A program made the translations under genes and the position numbers. From assembly GCA_032654565.1 (NCBI GenBank), contig JAULAX010000008.1, positions 1-53,093 of the forward strand: a stretch of 53,093 bases of DNA, given 5' to 3'. The DNA is from Anaeromyxobacteraceae bacterium (GTDB lineage Bacteria; Myxococcota; Myxococcia; Myxococcales; Anaeromyxobacteraceae). Shown piece by piece: positions 17,212 through 29,500 of the stretch. Below the pieces are notes generated by a model that had not been told where the DNA came from, ran no database searches, and saw nothing but the letters and a program-made list of their open reading frames with translations. Position 1 is the first letter of the stretch. The number at the start of each line of letters is the position of its first letter.

Positions 17212-18189
17212 TCAGGGCGCCTCGGGCTCGTCGGCCGGCTCGGCCGCCGCCGCCTTGTCGCGTGACTTGAAGCCGGCCCGCTCCAGCGCCAGGGCCACGC
17301 CGGGCGGCTTGCGCGAGTCCTTGAGGGCGCCCTTGGGCGCCACCACCGCGGGGACCTTCGACCCGAGCGACCTGATCTCGCCGGCCACCTCCACCTGCAC
17401 CCGCACCCGCGGGTCGTCCTTCACCGAGAAGGCGCCGGTGAGCCGGACCCGCAGCGGCACGCCGGTGGCGGCGTCGAGGAGCACCTCGCCGCCGGCCGCC
17501 ACCGGGACCCGCCCGTCGAGGAAGGCGAGGTGGCGCCGGGTCTCCTCGTCGGGGCCGCCGGCCGGGAACTGGCGCGGGTCGGCCGCCGCGGCAGGGGGCG
17601 CCGCCTCGGGGGCCAGCGACACCGTGAAGCGGCGGGCGGCGCGGCCGAGCACCTGGACCTCGCCGGCCGGGGTGAGCCGCAGCGCCGGGCCCTGGAGCCG
17701 GGCCAGGTCGCCGGCCAGCGTGAAGCTGTCGTCGCGGAAGCGGCGGGCGTCGCGGCCGTGATCGGTGGGGCGCTCCCGCCACGGCGCGTACTGGCCGCGG
17801 GCGTAGGTGAGCCCGCCCACCGAGACCACGTGCTTGCCCGCCTCGCCGCCCGGGCCGCGCCCCTCGTCGATCTCGGCGTCGGCCTCGAACTCGCCGTTGG
17901 CCGCCTGCCGCACCCGGTGGCGCTCGGTGACGTGGACCCGGCTGGCGCCGTCGGCCTGGGTGGTGACGGTGAAGCTGGCGGTGCCGGCCCACTCGAAGGA
18001 GCCGAGCCGGGCCGCCGCCTCGCCGGCGTCCAGGGCCAGCAGCCCCGCCGGCTGCTCCCAGTCGAGCGGGGAGGGGACGCCGCCGGCCCCGCCGCCGGGC
18101 GCCGCCGCGCCGCCGCCGGCCGCCGGGGCCGCCCCGCGCGAGCAGGCCGCCAGGGCGCCGGCCAGCAGGATGGCGGCGGGGATCCGCAT
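17212..18189 (-). CDS. Hypothetical lipoprotein
   Basis: Signal peptide with lipobox LAAC; start overlaps the OPT stop codon. Confidence 0.8.
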   Translation of the reverse strand: MRIPAAILLAGALAACSRGAAPAAGGGAAAPGGGAGGVPSPLDWEQPAGLLALDAGEAAARLGSFEWAGTASFTVTTQADGASRVHVTERHRVRQAANGEFEADAEIDEGRGPGGEAGKHVVSVGGLTYARGQYAPWRERPTDHGRDARRFRDDSFTLAGDLARLQGPALRLTPAGEVQVLGRAARRFTVSLAPEAAPPAAAADPRQFPAGGPDEETRRHLAFLDGRVPVAAGGEVLLDAATGVPLRVRLTGAFSVKDDPRVRVQVEVAGEIRSLGSKVPAVVAPKGALKDSRKPPGVALALERAGFKSRDKAAAAEPADEPEAP

Positions 18190-20252
18190 CAGACCGAGGG
18201 GGCCGGCTTCTGCGAGGCGCGGTAGAGCAGCACGCCGAGGCCGACGAAGCAGGCCACGCCGAGCAGCGTGAAGCCGCCGTGGCCGATGGCGCCGGTGATG
18301 GCCGGCTCGAGGTTGAGCTTCTCCATCTGCCCGGAGATGGCCTCGTTGACGCTGAGCAGCGCCACCACCACGCCGGTGAGCGCCCCGCCGGCCACCAGGC
18401 CGGTGGCCATCAGCGAGCCGCCGCCCAGCTCCGAGTCCTCGGCGGCGCCGCCCTTCCTGGCCGCCACCGCGTCGACCAGCCCCTTGACCACGCCGCCGGC
18501 GAAGATGGGCAGGGTGGTGGAGAGCGGCAGGTAGAGGCCGACGGCGAAGGAGAGGGCCTTGACGCCGCAGAGCTCCATGGTGACCGAGAAGAAGACGCCG
18601 ACCAGCACGTAGATCCAGTCGAGGTTGAGCGAGAGCAGCCCCTTGATGAGGGTCGCCATCAGCGTCCCCTGGGGGGCCGGGAACTTCTCGGTGCCGATGA
18701 TGTGGTGGATGCCGGCGGCGGCCTGCGCCGCGGTCGGGGTGTCGAGCAGGTTGACGGTCCAGCCGATCACCACCGCCGAGGCGATGGCGCCGACGAAGAG
18801 CGAGATCTGCTGGGCCCGCGGCGTGGCCCCGACCAGGAAGCCGGTCTTGAGGTCCTGCGAGGTGGCCCCGCCGTTGGCGGCGGCGATGCAGACCAGGCCG
18901 CCCACCACCAGCGCCATGGGCTCGTAGGCCGAGCCGGTCCAGCCCACCCCGACGAAGACCATGGCGGTGGCCATCAGCGTGGCGATGGTCATGCCGGAGA
19001 TGGGGTTGGAGGAGGAGCCGATCAGGCCGACGATGCGCGAGGAGACGGTGACGAAGATGAAGCCGAAGACGATGACCAGCACCGCCACCAGCAGCCGGTT
19101 GAGGAAGGAGTTGCCGGGCATGAAGGGGAGGGCCGCCAGCACCGCCACCAGCGCCAGGCTGCCGGCGATGACGGTGACGAAGGAGAGGTCGCGGTCGGTC
19201 CGCTTGACGCTGGCCGCGGCGGTCTTGTCGGAGAGCGAACGGATCGAGTCGCGCAGCGAGGAGTAGATGGTGGGGAGGGTCTTGATCAGCGTGATGAAGC
19301 CGCCGGCGGCCACCGCGCCGGCGCCGATCTGGCGGACGTAGGCCCGGTAGATGGCGTTGGTGGTGTTGGCGAAGGTGTGGGTGATGGGGTCCCAGCCGAA
19401 CTGGGCCGGGTTGTTGCCCACCTTGAGGAGCTGGGCCGCCACCGCGTCGCCCGGCACCAGGAAGCCGAGCAGCGGGATCAGGCCGAGCCAGGCCAGCACG
19501 CCGCCGGCCACCAGCACCCCGGAGATCCTCGGCCCGATGATGTAGCCGACGCCCATGTACTCCGGCGTGATCTCGCCGTTGACGGTGGCGTTGGGGAGGA
19601 ACTTGCTGGCCTTGGAGGTGACCCAGGCCGGGGTCTCGGCGATGACGTGGAAGACCTTCTGCAGGATGGCGTAGACCATGGCGATGCCGACGCCCTGGAA
19701 GGCGGTCTTGGCGAAGTCGCCCCCCTTCTCCCCGGCGATCAGCACCGCGGCGCAGGCGGCGCCCTCCGGGTACTTCAGCTCCTCGTGCTCCTTGACGATG
19801 AGGGCGCGGCGCAGCGGCACCATCATCAGCACGCCGAGGATGCCGCCGATGACCGCCAGCAGGAAGAGGGTGAGCGGGGCGAAGTAGCCGGCGCCCACCG
19901 AGACACCGGTGGTGGCGTCGGTGGAGAGGAAGAGGAAGCCGGGCAGGGTGAAGACCACGCCGGCGGCGATCGACTCGCCCGCCGAGCCGGCGGTCTGGAT
20001 GATGTTGTTCTCGAGGATGGTGGTCTTGAGGAACTTGCGCCCCAGCGAGATGGCGATGACGGCGATGGGGATGGAGGCGGAGACGGTCAGGCCGGCCTTG
20101 AGGGCCAGGTAGACGGTCGAGGCGCCGAAGATGATCCCGAAGATGGCGCCGGTGATGACCGCCTTGGGGGTGAGCTCCGCCATGATGGTCTCGGCGGGGA
20201 CGTACGGCTTGAACTCCTTGGCCGGTGAGGTCGAGGAGGCGGGGGCGCTCAT
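18189..20252 (-). CDS. OPT-family oligopeptide transporter
   Basis: [59 protein letters not shown]; many TM helices. Confidence 0.95.
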   Translation of the reverse strand: MSAPASSTSPAKEFKPYVPAETIMAELTPKAVITGAIFGIIFGASTVYLALKAGLTVSASIPIAVIAISLGRKFLKTTILENNIIQTAGSAGESIAAGVVFTLPGFLFLSTDATTGVSVGAGYFAPLTLFLLAVIGGILGVLMMVPLRRALIVKEHEELKYPEGAACAAVLIAGEKGGDFAKTAFQGVGIAMVYAILQKVFHVIAETPAWVTSKASKFLPNATVNGEITPEYMGVGYIIGPRISGVLVAGGVLAWLGLIPLLGFLVPGDAVAAQLLKVGNNPAQFGWDPITHTFANTTNAIYRAYVRQIGAGAVAAGGFITLIKTLPTIYSSLRDSIRSLSDKTAAASVKRTDRDLSFVTVIAGSLALVAVLAALPFMPGNSFLNRLLVAVLVIVFGFIFVTVSSRIVGLIGSSSNPISGMTIATLMATAMVFVGVGWTGSAYEPMALVVGGLVCIAAANGGATSQDLKTGFLVGATPRAQQISLFVGAIASAVVIGWTVNLLDTPTAAQAAAGIHHIIGTEKFPAPQGTLMATLIKGLLSLNLDWIYVLVGVFFSVTMELCGVKALSFAVGLYLPLSTTLPIFAGGVVKGLVDAVAARKGGAAEDSELGGGSLMATGLVAGGALTGVVVALLSVNEAISGQMEKLNLEPAITGAIGHGGFTLLGVACFVGLGVLLYRASQKPAPSV

Positions 20253-20325
20253 GGTGGCTCCGTACGGCTGCTGAGGGGGTCGACGGCTGCGGGAATCTAG
20301 CCCGGACCCCTCGCCTGTTCCAGCC

Positions 20326-22035
20326 CTACCGGTCCTCGGCGCCCGGCTCCCCCGGCGACCCGTCCGGCGGCGGGGCCCCGGCCTCCACCTCGGCGAAGGC
20401 CACCCGGCCGTCGTCCCAGAGCAGCCGGTCGCAGCGGTGCAGCAGGTCGCCGAGGCCGTTGCGCTTCGCCGCCGAGATGGCCACCCCGCCGGCCTGGTGG
20501 GCCAGCGCCGCCCCCTCGCCGGGCGGGAGCCGGTCGATCTTGTTGTAGACCAGCACCCGCTTCTTCTCGAGCAGGTCGAGGTCGCCGAGGATCTTCTCCA
20601 CCGAGCGCACCTGCTGCTCGCGGCGCGGGTCGGAGGCGTCGACCACGTGGAGCAGCAGGTCGGCGTCGGCCAGCTCCTCCAGCGTGGCGCTGAAGGCGGC
20701 CACCAGGTCTGAAGGCAGGTCGCGGATGAACCCCACCGTGTCGGTGATGATCACCTCGCGGTCGCGCGGGAAGCGCAGCCGGCGGCTGGTCGGGTCGAGG
20801 GTGGCGAAGAGCTTGTCCTCGACCAGCACCGTGGAGTGGGTCAGGGCGTTGAGCAGCGTCGACTTGCCGGCGTTGGTGTAGCCGACGATGGAGAGCACCG
20901 GCAGGTTGCGGTCGTTGCGCTTGCGCCGGCGCAGCTGGCGGTCGCCGGAGAGGGCCTCGACCCGCCGCTCCAGCGCGGTGATCCGGTCGCGCACCCGGCG
21001 GCGGTCGATCTCCAGCTTGGTCTCCCCGGGGCCGCGGCCGCCGATGCCGCCGGCCAGGCGGGAGAGCGAGTCGTCGCGCCCGGCCAGGCGCGGGTAGATG
21101 TACTTGAGCTGGGCCAGCTCCACCTGCAGCTTGCCGTCGGCGCTCGAGGCCCGCTGCGCGAAGATGTCGAGGATGAGCTGGGTCCGGTCGAGGATCTTGA
21201 GGCTGGTGGCGTCGGCGATGTGGCGGGCCTGCGAGGGGGAGAGGTCGGCGTCGAAGATGATCAGGTCGGCCATCAGCTGCATCGAGCTGAGCAGGATCTC
21301 GTCCAGCTTCCCCTTGCCGATCAGCGTGCGCGGGTCGACCTGGGCCCGGTGCTGCAGCGTCGCCCCCACCACCGCGACGCCGGCGGTGCGGGCCAGCTCC
21401 TTCAGCTCCTCCAGCGACGACTCGCCCTCCTCGCGCGACCGCTTCCGCCCCGAGACCCCGACCAGGATGGCCCGCTCGCGCCCGCCGGTGCCGCGCGCGG
21501 TGCGGGCCCGGGCGAACTCGTCCTCCAGCGCCAGGGCCCCGGCCAGCGCGTCGTGGCGCAGCTCGTGGACCGAGGCGACCGTCTCCTCCTGCCAGAGGGC
21601 GCCGGCCGGGTTCTCCGGGATCAGCCAGGCCAGGTGGACGCGCCCCGGCAGGCCGTCGGGCAGGGTCTCGATGGCGGCCACCAGGTCGAGCCGCAGCAGC
21701 GCCAGGTCGGTCTGGTCGTCGCGGGTCAGCGGGGTGGCGTCGAGGTGGGTGTGGACCAGGCGCAGGCCGCGCAGGCGGTGCGAGCCGGCCCGGGCCCGGC
21801 CGATGTCGGGGAGGGTGAGCTTGCCGGCGTCGCCGACGATGACCGCCTGCACGTCCCCCTTGCGGTCGATGAGCACGCCGACCTGGCGCCCCATCTCGCG
21901 CGAGATCTCCGTGAGGTGGCGGGCCAGCTCGGGCGAGACCACCTCGTCGGCGTCGACGCGGCGCCGCCAGGTCCGCTCCAGGGCGTGGAGCTGCGAGGCC
22001 TTGAGTCCGAGCAGGTGGCCGGTGACGTCGTTCAC
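20326..22035 (-). CDS. hflX: Ribosome-splitting GTPase HflX (long form)
   Basis: GRGPGETKLEIDRR, GYTNAGKS, LFATLDPT, DTVGFI, NKID. Confidence 0.96.
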   Translation of the reverse strand: MNDVTGHLLGLKASQLHALERTWRRRVDADEVVSPELARHLTEISREMGRQVGVLIDRKGDVQAVIVGDAGKLTLPDIGRARAGSHRLRGLRLVHTHLDATPLTRDDQTDLALLRLDLVAAIETLPDGLPGRVHLAWLIPENPAGALWQEETVASVHELRHDALAGALALEDEFARARTARGTGGRERAILVGVSGRKRSREEGESSLEELKELARTAGVAVVGATLQHRAQVDPRTLIGKGKLDEILLSSMQLMADLIIFDADLSPSQARHIADATSLKILDRTQLILDIFAQRASSADGKLQVELAQLKYIYPRLAGRDDSLSRLAGGIGGRGPGETKLEIDRRRVRDRITALERRVEALSGDRQLRRRKRNDRNLPVLSIVGYTNAGKSTLLNALTHSTVLVEDKLFATLDPTSRRLRFPRDREVIITDTVGFIRDLPSDLVAAFSATLEELADADLLLHVVDASDPRREQQVRSVEKILGDLDLLEKKRVLVYNKIDRLPPGEGAALAHQAGGVAISAAKRNGLGDLLHRCDRLLWDDGRVAFAEVEAGAPPPDGSPGEPGAEDR

Positions 22036-22114
22036 GGGGCGCGGAGTCTAGCGCCAAAGCCGTCGGCGCGCTCCGCCCGGCCCGGAGCGGCGGCGCCGTG
22101 ACGCGAGGCGCAGG

Positions 22115-22423
22115 CTACGAGGTCCAGGCCGGCTGGGCGTCGACCATCGAGCCGCCCACGCCCTCGACGCCGAGGTAGCGCAGCAGCCGGACCTGGTGCT
22201 GGCGCAGGCCCCGCACGTCGGCGCGCTGGTGGCCGCTCAGCGCCCGCCCCAGCACCGCCACGCCGCTGTCGTCGAAGTGGCTCACCCGGGTCAGGTCGAT
22301 GCGGACCAGCGTCTCCTCGTCAGCCTCGGAGAGCGCCCGGGCGAGGCGCAGGGCGGCCGGCAGGTCGAACCGGCCGGCCACCGAGAGCTGGATGGCCTCC
22401 GATGTCATCGCTGGTGTGTACAT
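22115..22423 (-). CDS. STAS-domain (anti-anti-sigma-like) protein
   Basis: GGAGG RBS; VAGRFD...IDLTRVSHFDDSGVAVL...GLRQHQVRLLRYLG. Confidence 0.75.
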   Translation of the reverse strand: MYTPAMTSEAIQLSVAGRFDLPAALRLARALSEADEETLVRIDLTRVSHFDDSGVAVLGRALSGHQRADVRGLRQHQVRLLRYLGVEGVGGSMVDAQPAWTS

Positions 22424-22480
22424 GAGCTCTCCCTCCGCGGCGGGAAGTCGACGGCGCTTGTTCGAGTCCACAATCCTCAA

Positions 22481-22496
22481 TGGAAGAATCGTGCCA
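22481..22496 (-). promoter_or_regulatory. Imperfect sigma54-type promoter upstream of the STAS gene
   Basis: Minus strand TGGCACGATTCTTCCA versus consensus TGGCACG-N4-TTGCW; the -12 GC is CC. Confidence 0.3.
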
Positions 22497-22698
22497 ACTC
22501 CTCGGAAGCACGATCATTTCTCCCATCCCAGAGAAGTGGGTGGATCCACGCCGGTAAATGGTCCCTGCGCGGATCCTCCGCAGCACCATCCGGCTGATGC
22601 GGCCGCGACCCCGGGTGGTGAAAGCGCCCAGGTGAACGTCGGATCGCCGCGTCGCGCGCCTTTGCGCCGCAGGCCGGGCGCGTGGTTCACTCCGGCCC

Positions 22699-23217
22699 AT
22701 GTCGCTCATCGTCGTCGACGTGGAGGCGGACGGGCCCACGCCGGGCCACTACTCGATGGTCTCGTTCGGCGCGGTGGTGGTCGAGCCGACCTTGTCGAAG
22801 ACCTTCTTCGGCCAGGTGCGCCCCATCTCCGAACGCTTCCTGCCCGAGGCGCTGGCCATCTCCGGCGTCTCCCGCGACCAGCACCTGCGCTTCGATGAGC
22901 CGGGGCAGGTGATGGACCGCTTCGAGGCCTGGATCAAGGCCAACAGCAAGGGGAAGCCGGTCTTCTGCTCCGACAACCTGGCCTTCGACTGGATGTTCAT
23001 CGCCTGGTACTTCCAGGAGACCCTGGGGCGCAACCCCTTCGGCTGGAGCGGCCGCCGCATCGGCGACCTCTACTGCGGCATGGTCAAGGACGGCTACGCC
23101 ACCTGGAAGCACCTGCGCACCACCCCGGCCAGCCACCACCCGGTGGACGACGCCAAGGGGAACGCCGAGGCCCTGCTGGCCATGGTGGCGCAGGGGCTGA
23201 AGCTGCCGGTGAAGTAG
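22699..23217 (+). CDS. DEDDh 3'-5' exonuclease
   Basis: VDVEADGP (ExoI), AFDWMF (ExoII), HHPVDDA (ExoIII). Confidence 0.88.
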   Translation: MSLIVVDVEADGPTPGHYSMVSFGAVVVEPTLSKTFFGQVRPISERFLPEALAISGVSRDQHLRFDEPGQVMDRFEAWIKANSKGKPVFCSDNLAFDWMFIAWYFQETLGRNPFGWSGRRIGDLYCGMVKDGYATWKHLRTTPASHHPVDDAKGNAEALLAMVAQGLKLPVK

Positions 23218-23294
23218 CCGCCAGGGCCGGCGCCCCCCCCCGCCGCGCCCCGGACCCGCTACTGCGCCGCGGCCGCGTCGGGTAGAATCGCCGC

Positions 23295-24422
23295 GTGCCG
23301 AGAAGCGCCCTCTCCCGCGTCCGCCGCCTCGTCGTCAAGGTGGGGACCGGGACCCTCACCGACGCCGCCGGTCGCTTCGACCGCGAGAACTGCCACCGGC
23401 TCGCCGCCGAGCTGGCCGCGGTGGCCGACGGCCGACGGCTGGTGCTGGTCTCCTCCGGCGCCATCACCCTCGGCGCCCAGCGGCTCGGCCTGGCCCGCCA
23501 GAAGGGGCGCCCCTGGGACATCGCCACCAAGCAGGCCTGCGCCGCGGTCGGCCAGCCCCACCTGATGAACGCCTGGGGCGAGGCCTTCGCCGCCCACGGC
23601 CTCACCGTGGCCCAGGTGCTCCTCACCGCCGACGATCTCGCCAGCCGCAAGCGCTTCCTCAACGCCCGCCGCACATTCGAGCAGCTGCTCTCGCGCCAGG
23701 TGGTGCCGGTGGTCAACGAGAACGACACCGTGGCGGTGGAGGAGATCAAGGTGGGCGACAACGACTCGCTGGCGGCGCTGGTGGCCGGCTGCGTCGAGGC
23801 CGAGCTGGTGGCCATGCTCACCGACGTGGAGGGGCTCTACGACCGCGACCCCTCCGAGCCGGGCGCCACCCTGCTGCACCACGTGGCCCGGGTCACCGCC
23901 GAGGTGGAGCGGGTGGCCGGCGGCGCCGGCAGCGAGCACTCCACCGGCGGCATGGCCACCAAGGTGAAGGCGGCCAGGCGGCTCGGCGCCCAGGGGGTCT
24001 CCACGGCGCTCCTCTCCGGACGGCGCCCGGGCGCGCTGGCGGCGCTGCTGGCCGGCGACGCCGTCGGCACCGTCTTCTCCCCCTCGGCCGAGCGGCTCTC
24101 CGGCCGGGACGGCTGGCTCACCTCGGCGGCCAAGGCCCGCGGGGTGATCCTGGTGGACGCCGGGGCGCGGCGGGCCATCACCGAGCAGGGCAAGAGCCTG
24201 CTGCCCAGCGGCATCAAGGGGGTGCAGGGCCACTTCGGCATGGGCGACCCGGTGGAGCTGGCGGTGGACCCGAAGCAGCCCTTCGCCCGCGGCCTGGCCG
24301 GCTACGGCGCCGACGACGTGCGCCGGCTGGCCGGCAAGAAGACCTCGCAGATCGAGGAGGTGCTCGGCTACCGCCACACCGACGAGGTGGTCCACCGCAA
24401 CGACCTGGTGCTGCTGGAGTAG
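23295..24422 (+). CDS. proB: Glutamate 5-kinase
   Basis: [42 protein letters not shown]-terminal PUA domain. Confidence 0.97.
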   Translation: MPRSALSRVRRLVVKVGTGTLTDAAGRFDRENCHRLAAELAAVADGRRLVLVSSGAITLGAQRLGLARQKGRPWDIATKQACAAVGQPHLMNAWGEAFAAHGLTVAQVLLTADDLASRKRFLNARRTFEQLLSRQVVPVVNENDTVAVEEIKVGDNDSLAALVAGCVEAELVAMLTDVEGLYDRDPSEPGATLLHHVARVTAEVERVAGGAGSEHSTGGMATKVKAARRLGAQGVSTALLSGRRPGALAALLAGDAVGTVFSPSAERLSGRDGWLTSAAKARGVILVDAGARRAITEQGKSLLPSGIKGVQGHFGMGDPVELAVDPKQPFARGLAGYGADDVRRLAGKKTSQIEEVLGYRHTDEVVHRNDLVLLE

Positions 24423-24487
24423 GGCCCGGCCCCGCCCCCCGGGGGAGCGGGATGGGCACTCATGGTATGGAGGGCGGCGAGCGAGCC

Positions 24488-25771
24488 ATGGCCACCACCG
24501 AGAACGACCTGCAGCGGCAGATGCGCGCCCTGGCCACCGAGGCCAAGGCGGCGGCGCGCCTCCTCTCCCACGCCCCGTCGGCGCGGAAGGACGCGGCACT
24601 GCGGGCCGGGGCCCGGGCCCTGCGGGACCGCCAGGAGGCCATCCTCGCCGCCAACCGCGAGGACCTGGCCGCCGCCCGGCAGGCCGGCAAGAACGCGGCG
24701 TACCTCGACCGGCTGGCGCTCGACGGGCCGCGGCTGCGCGCCATCGCCGCCGCCATCGAGGAGGTGGCCTCGCTCCCCGACCCCATCGGCCAGGTGACCG
24801 ACTCCTGGCGCCGCCCCAACGGCCTCGAGGTGAAGCGGGTGCGCATCCCGCTCGGCGTGGTGCTGATGGTCTACGAGGCCCGCCCCAACGTCGCCGCCGA
24901 GGCGGCGGCGCTCTGCGTGAAGAGCGGCAACGCCGTGCTGCTGCGCCCCGGCTCCGACGCGCTGCGCTCCTCGCTGGCGCTCTGCGACGCCTTCGCCGAG
25001 GGGCTGGCCGAGGCCGGGCTGCCGGCGGCCTCGGCGCGGGTGGTCCCCACCAGCGACCGCGAGGCCACCTACGCGCTGCTGCAGCTCGACGACCTCATCG
25101 ACCTGGCCATCCCCCGCGGCGGACCGTCGCTGATCCAGGCGGTGTCGGAGCGCTCCCGGGTGCCGGTGGTGAAGCACTTCATGGGGGTCTGCCACCTCTT
25201 CCTCGACGCCAGCGCCGACGCCGAGCGGGCCGTGGCCCTGGCGGTGAACGGCAAGGTGCAGCGGCCGTCGGCCTGCAACGCCCTGGAGTGCCTGCTGGTC
25301 CACCGCGACGCCGCCGCGGCGCTGCTGCCGGCGCTGGGGCGGGTCCTGGCCGGCCACGGGGTCGAGCTGCGCTGCGACCCGACCGCGCTCACCATCCTGG
25401 GACGCGCCGGCGTGCCGGCGGTGGCGGCGGCGGCCGACGACTTCGGCCGCGAGTTCCTCGACCTGATCCTGGCGGTGCGGGTGGTCCCCGACCTCGACGC
25501 CGCCCTCGACCACGTGGCCCGCTTCGGCTCGCTCCACACCGAGTCGATCCTGACCCGCGATCTCGCCAGCGCCCGGCGCTTCGAGCGCGAGGTGACGGCC
25601 AGCGCCGTGGTCATCAACGCCTCGACGCGGTTCAACGACGGCGGCGAGCTGGGGCTCGGCGCCGAGATCGGCATCTCCACCAGCAAGCTCCACGCCTTCG
25701 GGCCGATGGGGCTCAACGAGCTCACCACCCGGAAGTTCGTGGTAGAGGGCGAAGGGCAGACCCGGGCCTGA
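24488..25771 (+). CDS. proA: Gamma-glutamyl phosphate reductase
   Basis: [50 protein letters not shown]. Confidence 0.97.
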   Translation: MATTENDLQRQMRALATEAKAAARLLSHAPSARKDAALRAGARALRDRQEAILAANREDLAAARQAGKNAAYLDRLALDGPRLRAIAAAIEEVASLPDPIGQVTDSWRRPNGLEVKRVRIPLGVVLMVYEARPNVAAEAAALCVKSGNAVLLRPGSDALRSSLALCDAFAEGLAEAGLPAASARVVPTSDREATYALLQLDDLIDLAIPRGGPSLIQAVSERSRVPVVKHFMGVCHLFLDASADAERAVALAVNGKVQRPSACNALECLLVHRDAAAALLPALGRVLAGHGVELRCDPTALTILGRAGVPAVAAAADDFGREFLDLILAVRVVPDLDAALDHVARFGSLHTESILTRDLASARRFEREVTASAVVINASTRFNDGGELGLGAEIGISTSKLHAFGPMGLNELTTRKFVVEGEGQTRA

Positions 25772-25792
25772 CCGGGCAGCGAAGAGGAACGA

Positions 25793-26392
25793 ATGGCCAC
25801 GAAGAAGAAGACCCCGGCGAGGAAGTCCGCCAGCAAGGCCCCGTCCAAGGGCACGCCCCGGCGGGCCTCCGCCAAGCGGGCCGGCCCCGCCACCCGCCCG
25901 GCCTTCAAGGCCGGCGGCTTCAAGGGCAAGAAGAAGCCGGCCCTGGAGCGGAAGCTCCCGCGCAAGTACGGCCCGCGCCGCAAGATGCCCAAGTCGATCG
26001 GGCGCGAGGCGGCCCCGCCGGTCGCCCCCATCGACGCCAACCTGCCCGACCCGGGGCGCGACACGGCGCTGGCGGTGGCCAGGGCCGGCCTCGACAAGAA
26101 GGCCGAGGACGTCCTGGTCTTCGACGTGCGCGGCCTCTCCTCCTACGCCGACTACCTGGTGCTGATGAGCGCCGACTCGGATCGGCAGGCCGGCGCCATC
26201 GCCGACCACGTCGACCAGCAGCTCAAGGAGGCCGGCCACTCCAAGATCGCCGTGGAGGGGTACGAGACCGGCACCTGGATCATCGTCGACTACGGCGACG
26301 TGGTGATCCACGTGATGGGGCGCGAGACCCGGTCCTTCTATGATCTCGAGGGGCTGTGGGCCGACGCCCCCCGCGTCGAGATCAAGGGCTGA
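25793..26392 (+). CDS. rsfS: Ribosome silencing factor RsfS with long basic N-terminal extension
   Basis: DKKAEDV, ADYLV, WIIVDYGDVVIHVM, FYDLEGLW; about the first 80 aa are K/R/A/P-rich. Confidence 0.93.
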   Translation: MATKKKTPARKSASKAPSKGTPRRASAKRAGPATRPAFKAGGFKGKKKPALERKLPRKYGPRRKMPKSIGREAAPPVAPIDANLPDPGRDTALAVARAGLDKKAEDVLVFDVRGLSSYADYLVLMSADSDRQAGAIADHVDQQLKEAGHSKIAVEGYETGTWIIVDYGDVVIHVMGRETRSFYDLEGLWADAPRVEIKG

Positions 26393-26462
26393 TCCGGTCC
26401 AGATTCACCCGGAATTCGCCGCCGACCGGCCGCATCCGCCTTGCGGCCGGCGCCGGCCGATC

Positions 26463-26471
26463 TGCTACACT
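26463..26471 (+). promoter_or_regulatory. Putative extended -10 promoter (TGc-TACACT) for nifJ
   Basis: TGCTACACT, with TTGCGG at 26441-26446, ~125 nt before the nifJ start. Confidence 0.4.
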
Positions 26472-26595
26472 CGCCCCCCCTCAGTAGCAGCGCGGGCGGT
26501 CAGGCGAGGCGTGGCGGCGGGTGCGCCACCCCTCCCTCGGGGCGCCCATCAAACTCGGGTTGGCGGGCGCTCGACGCCCCGCCGCGGGAGGCACG

Positions 26596-29500
26596 ATGGC
26601 GGGCAGGCGAATGGTCACCATGGACGGCAACGAGGCGGTGGCCTCGGTGGCCTACCGGATCAACGAGGTCGCGGCCATCTACCCCATCACCCCGTCCTCC
26701 AACATGGGCGAGTGGGCCGACGAGTGGTCGGCCAAGGGGCTGAAGAACATCTGGGGGACCGTGCCGCTGGTCGCCGAGATGCAGTCGGAGGGCGGCGCCG
26801 CCGGCGCGGTCCACGGCGCCCTGCAGTCCGGGGCCCTGACCACGACCTTCACGGCCTCCCAGGGGCTGCTGTTGATGATCCCCAACATGTACAAGATCGC
26901 GGGGGAGCTGACCGCCTTCTGCATGCACGTCTCGGCCCGCACCCTGGCCACCCACGCCCTCTCCATCTTCGGAGACCACCAGGACGTCATGGGCGTGCGG
27001 CAGACCGGCTTCGCCCTGCTCTCCAGCAACTCGGTGCAGGAGGCCCACGACTTCGCGGTGATCGCGCAGCTGGCCTCGATGAAGAGCCGGGTCCCCTTCC
27101 TCCACTTCTTCGACGGCTTCCGCACCTCGCACGAGGTGGCCAAGATCGAGGAGCTGACCGACGACGACCTGCGGACCCTGATCCCCGAGGAGCTGGTGGC
27201 GGCGCACCGGGCCCGGGCCCTCACCCCCGAGGCCCCCACCGTCCGCGGCACCGCCCAGAACCCCGACGCCTTCTTCCAGGCCCGCGAGGCCTGCAACCCC
27301 TACTACGCCGACGTCCACGACCACGTGCAGGCGGCCATGGACGAGTTCGCCAAGGTGGTGGGGCGCAAGTACAGCCTCTTCGAGTACTACGGCCACCCCG
27401 AGGCCGAGCGGGTCATCGTGCTGATGGGCTCGGCCTGCGAGACCGCGGCCGAGGCCATCGACCACCTGGTCGCCACAGGCGAGAAGGTGGGCATGGTCAA
27501 GGTCCGGCTCTACCGGCCCTTCGCGCTGGGCGAGTTCATGACCTCGCTGCCGCGCTCGGTCCACCAGCTGGCGGTGCTGGATCGCACCAAGGAGCCGGGC
27601 GCGCTGGGCGAGCCGCTCTACATGGACGTGGTCACGGCGCTGCGCGAGGCCGAGCAGGCCCACATCGACCGCTTCCACCACCAGCTGACGGTGATCGGCG
27701 GCCGCTACGGCCTCTCCTCCAAGGAGTTCACGCCGGCCATGGTCAAGGCGGTCTTCGAGGAGCTCTCCAAGCCGCGCCCCAAGCGCCACTTCACCGTCGG
27801 CATCAACGACGACGTCACCCACCTCTCGCTCAAGTACGACCCCAGCTTCGACACCGAGGGGGCCGACGTGGTGCGGGCCCTCTTCTACGGCCTGGGCGCC
27901 GACGGCACGGTGGGCGCCAACAAGAACTCCATCAAGATCATCGGCGAGGACACCCCCAACTTCGCCCAGGGCTACTTCGTCTACGACTCCAAGAAGTCCG
28001 GCTCCATCACCGTCAGCCACCTGCGCTTCGGGCCCAAGCCCATCCGCTCCGCCTACCTGGTGACCCGGGCCAACTTCGTGGCCTGCCACCAGTTCGGCTT
28101 CCTGGAGAAGTACGAGATGGCGGAGTTCGCCGTCCCCGGCGCCACCTTCCTGCTCAACTCCATCTACGGGCCCGACCAGGTCTGGGAGCAGCTGCCGCGC
28201 GAGGTGCAGGAGCAGATCCTGCAGAAGCAGCTCAAGCTCTACGTCATCGACGCCTTCAAGGTGGCCCGCGAGACCGGCATGGGGGTGCGCATCAACACCG
28301 TCATGCAGACCTGCTTCTTCGCCATCTCCGGGGTGCTGCCCCGCGACGAGGCCATCGGCCACATCAAGAAGACCATCGAGAAGACCTACCAGCGCAAGGG
28401 CGCCGAGGTGGTCCGCAAGAACTTCGAGGCCGTCGACCAGACCCTGGCCAACCTCCACGAGGTCAAGGTGGAGGGCCGCCAGGTCAACGGCCGCCCCCGC
28501 CCGCCCACCGTCTCCGAGGCGGCGCCGGACTTCGTCCAGCGCGTCACCTCGCTGATCCTGGCCGGCAAGGGCGACCTGCTGCCGGTCTCGGCCTTCCCGG
28601 TCGACGGCACCTGGCCCACCGCCACCGCCCAGTGGGAGAAGCGCTCCATCGCCCTCGACATCCCCACCTGGGAGGCGAGCCTCTGCATCCAGTGCAACAA
28701 GTGCGCGCTGATCTGCCCGCACGCCTGCATCCGCCCCAAGTTCTACGAGTCGGCCCGGCTCACCGGGGCCCCGGCCACCTTCAAGTCGATGGACTTCAAG
28801 TCGGCCACCGACAAGGGGAAGAAGTACACCATCCAGGTGGCGCCGGACGACTGCACCGGCTGCACGCTCTGCGTGGAGATCTGCCCCGCCGAGTCGAAGA
28901 CCGAGAAGGGGAAGAAGGCCCTCAACATGGCGGTGGCCCTGCCGCTGCAGGCGGCGGAGCGGAAGAACTGGGACTTCTTCCTCGCCATCCCCGACCCCGA
29001 CCGGACCGCGCTCAAGCTCGACGTCAAGGGGACCCAGTTCCTCCAGCCGCTCTTCGAGTTCTCCGGCGCCTGCACCGGCTGCGGCGAGACCCCCTACGTC
29101 AAGCTGCTCACCCAGCTCTACGGCGACCGGGCCCTGATCGCCAACGCCACCGGCTGCTCGTCGATCTACGGCGCCAACCTGCCCACCACCCCGTACACCA
29201 AGAACGACGCCGGGCGCGGCCCGGCCTGGGCCAACTCGCTCTTCGAGGACAACGCCGAGTTCGGCTTCGGCATGCGGCTGGCGGTCGACAAGCAGGGCGA
29301 GCACGCCCGCGAGCTGCTGGCCCAGCTGGGCACGGTGGTCGGCGACGACCTGGTCAAGGCGCTGCTCGAGGCCGACCAGTCGGACGAGAAGGGGATCGAG
29401 GCGCAGCGCGGCCGCATCACCCTGCTCAAGCAGAAGCTGGGCGGCCAGGCGCGCTTCGAGGCCCGGCGGCTCTCGCAGATCACCGACTTCCTGCTCAAGA

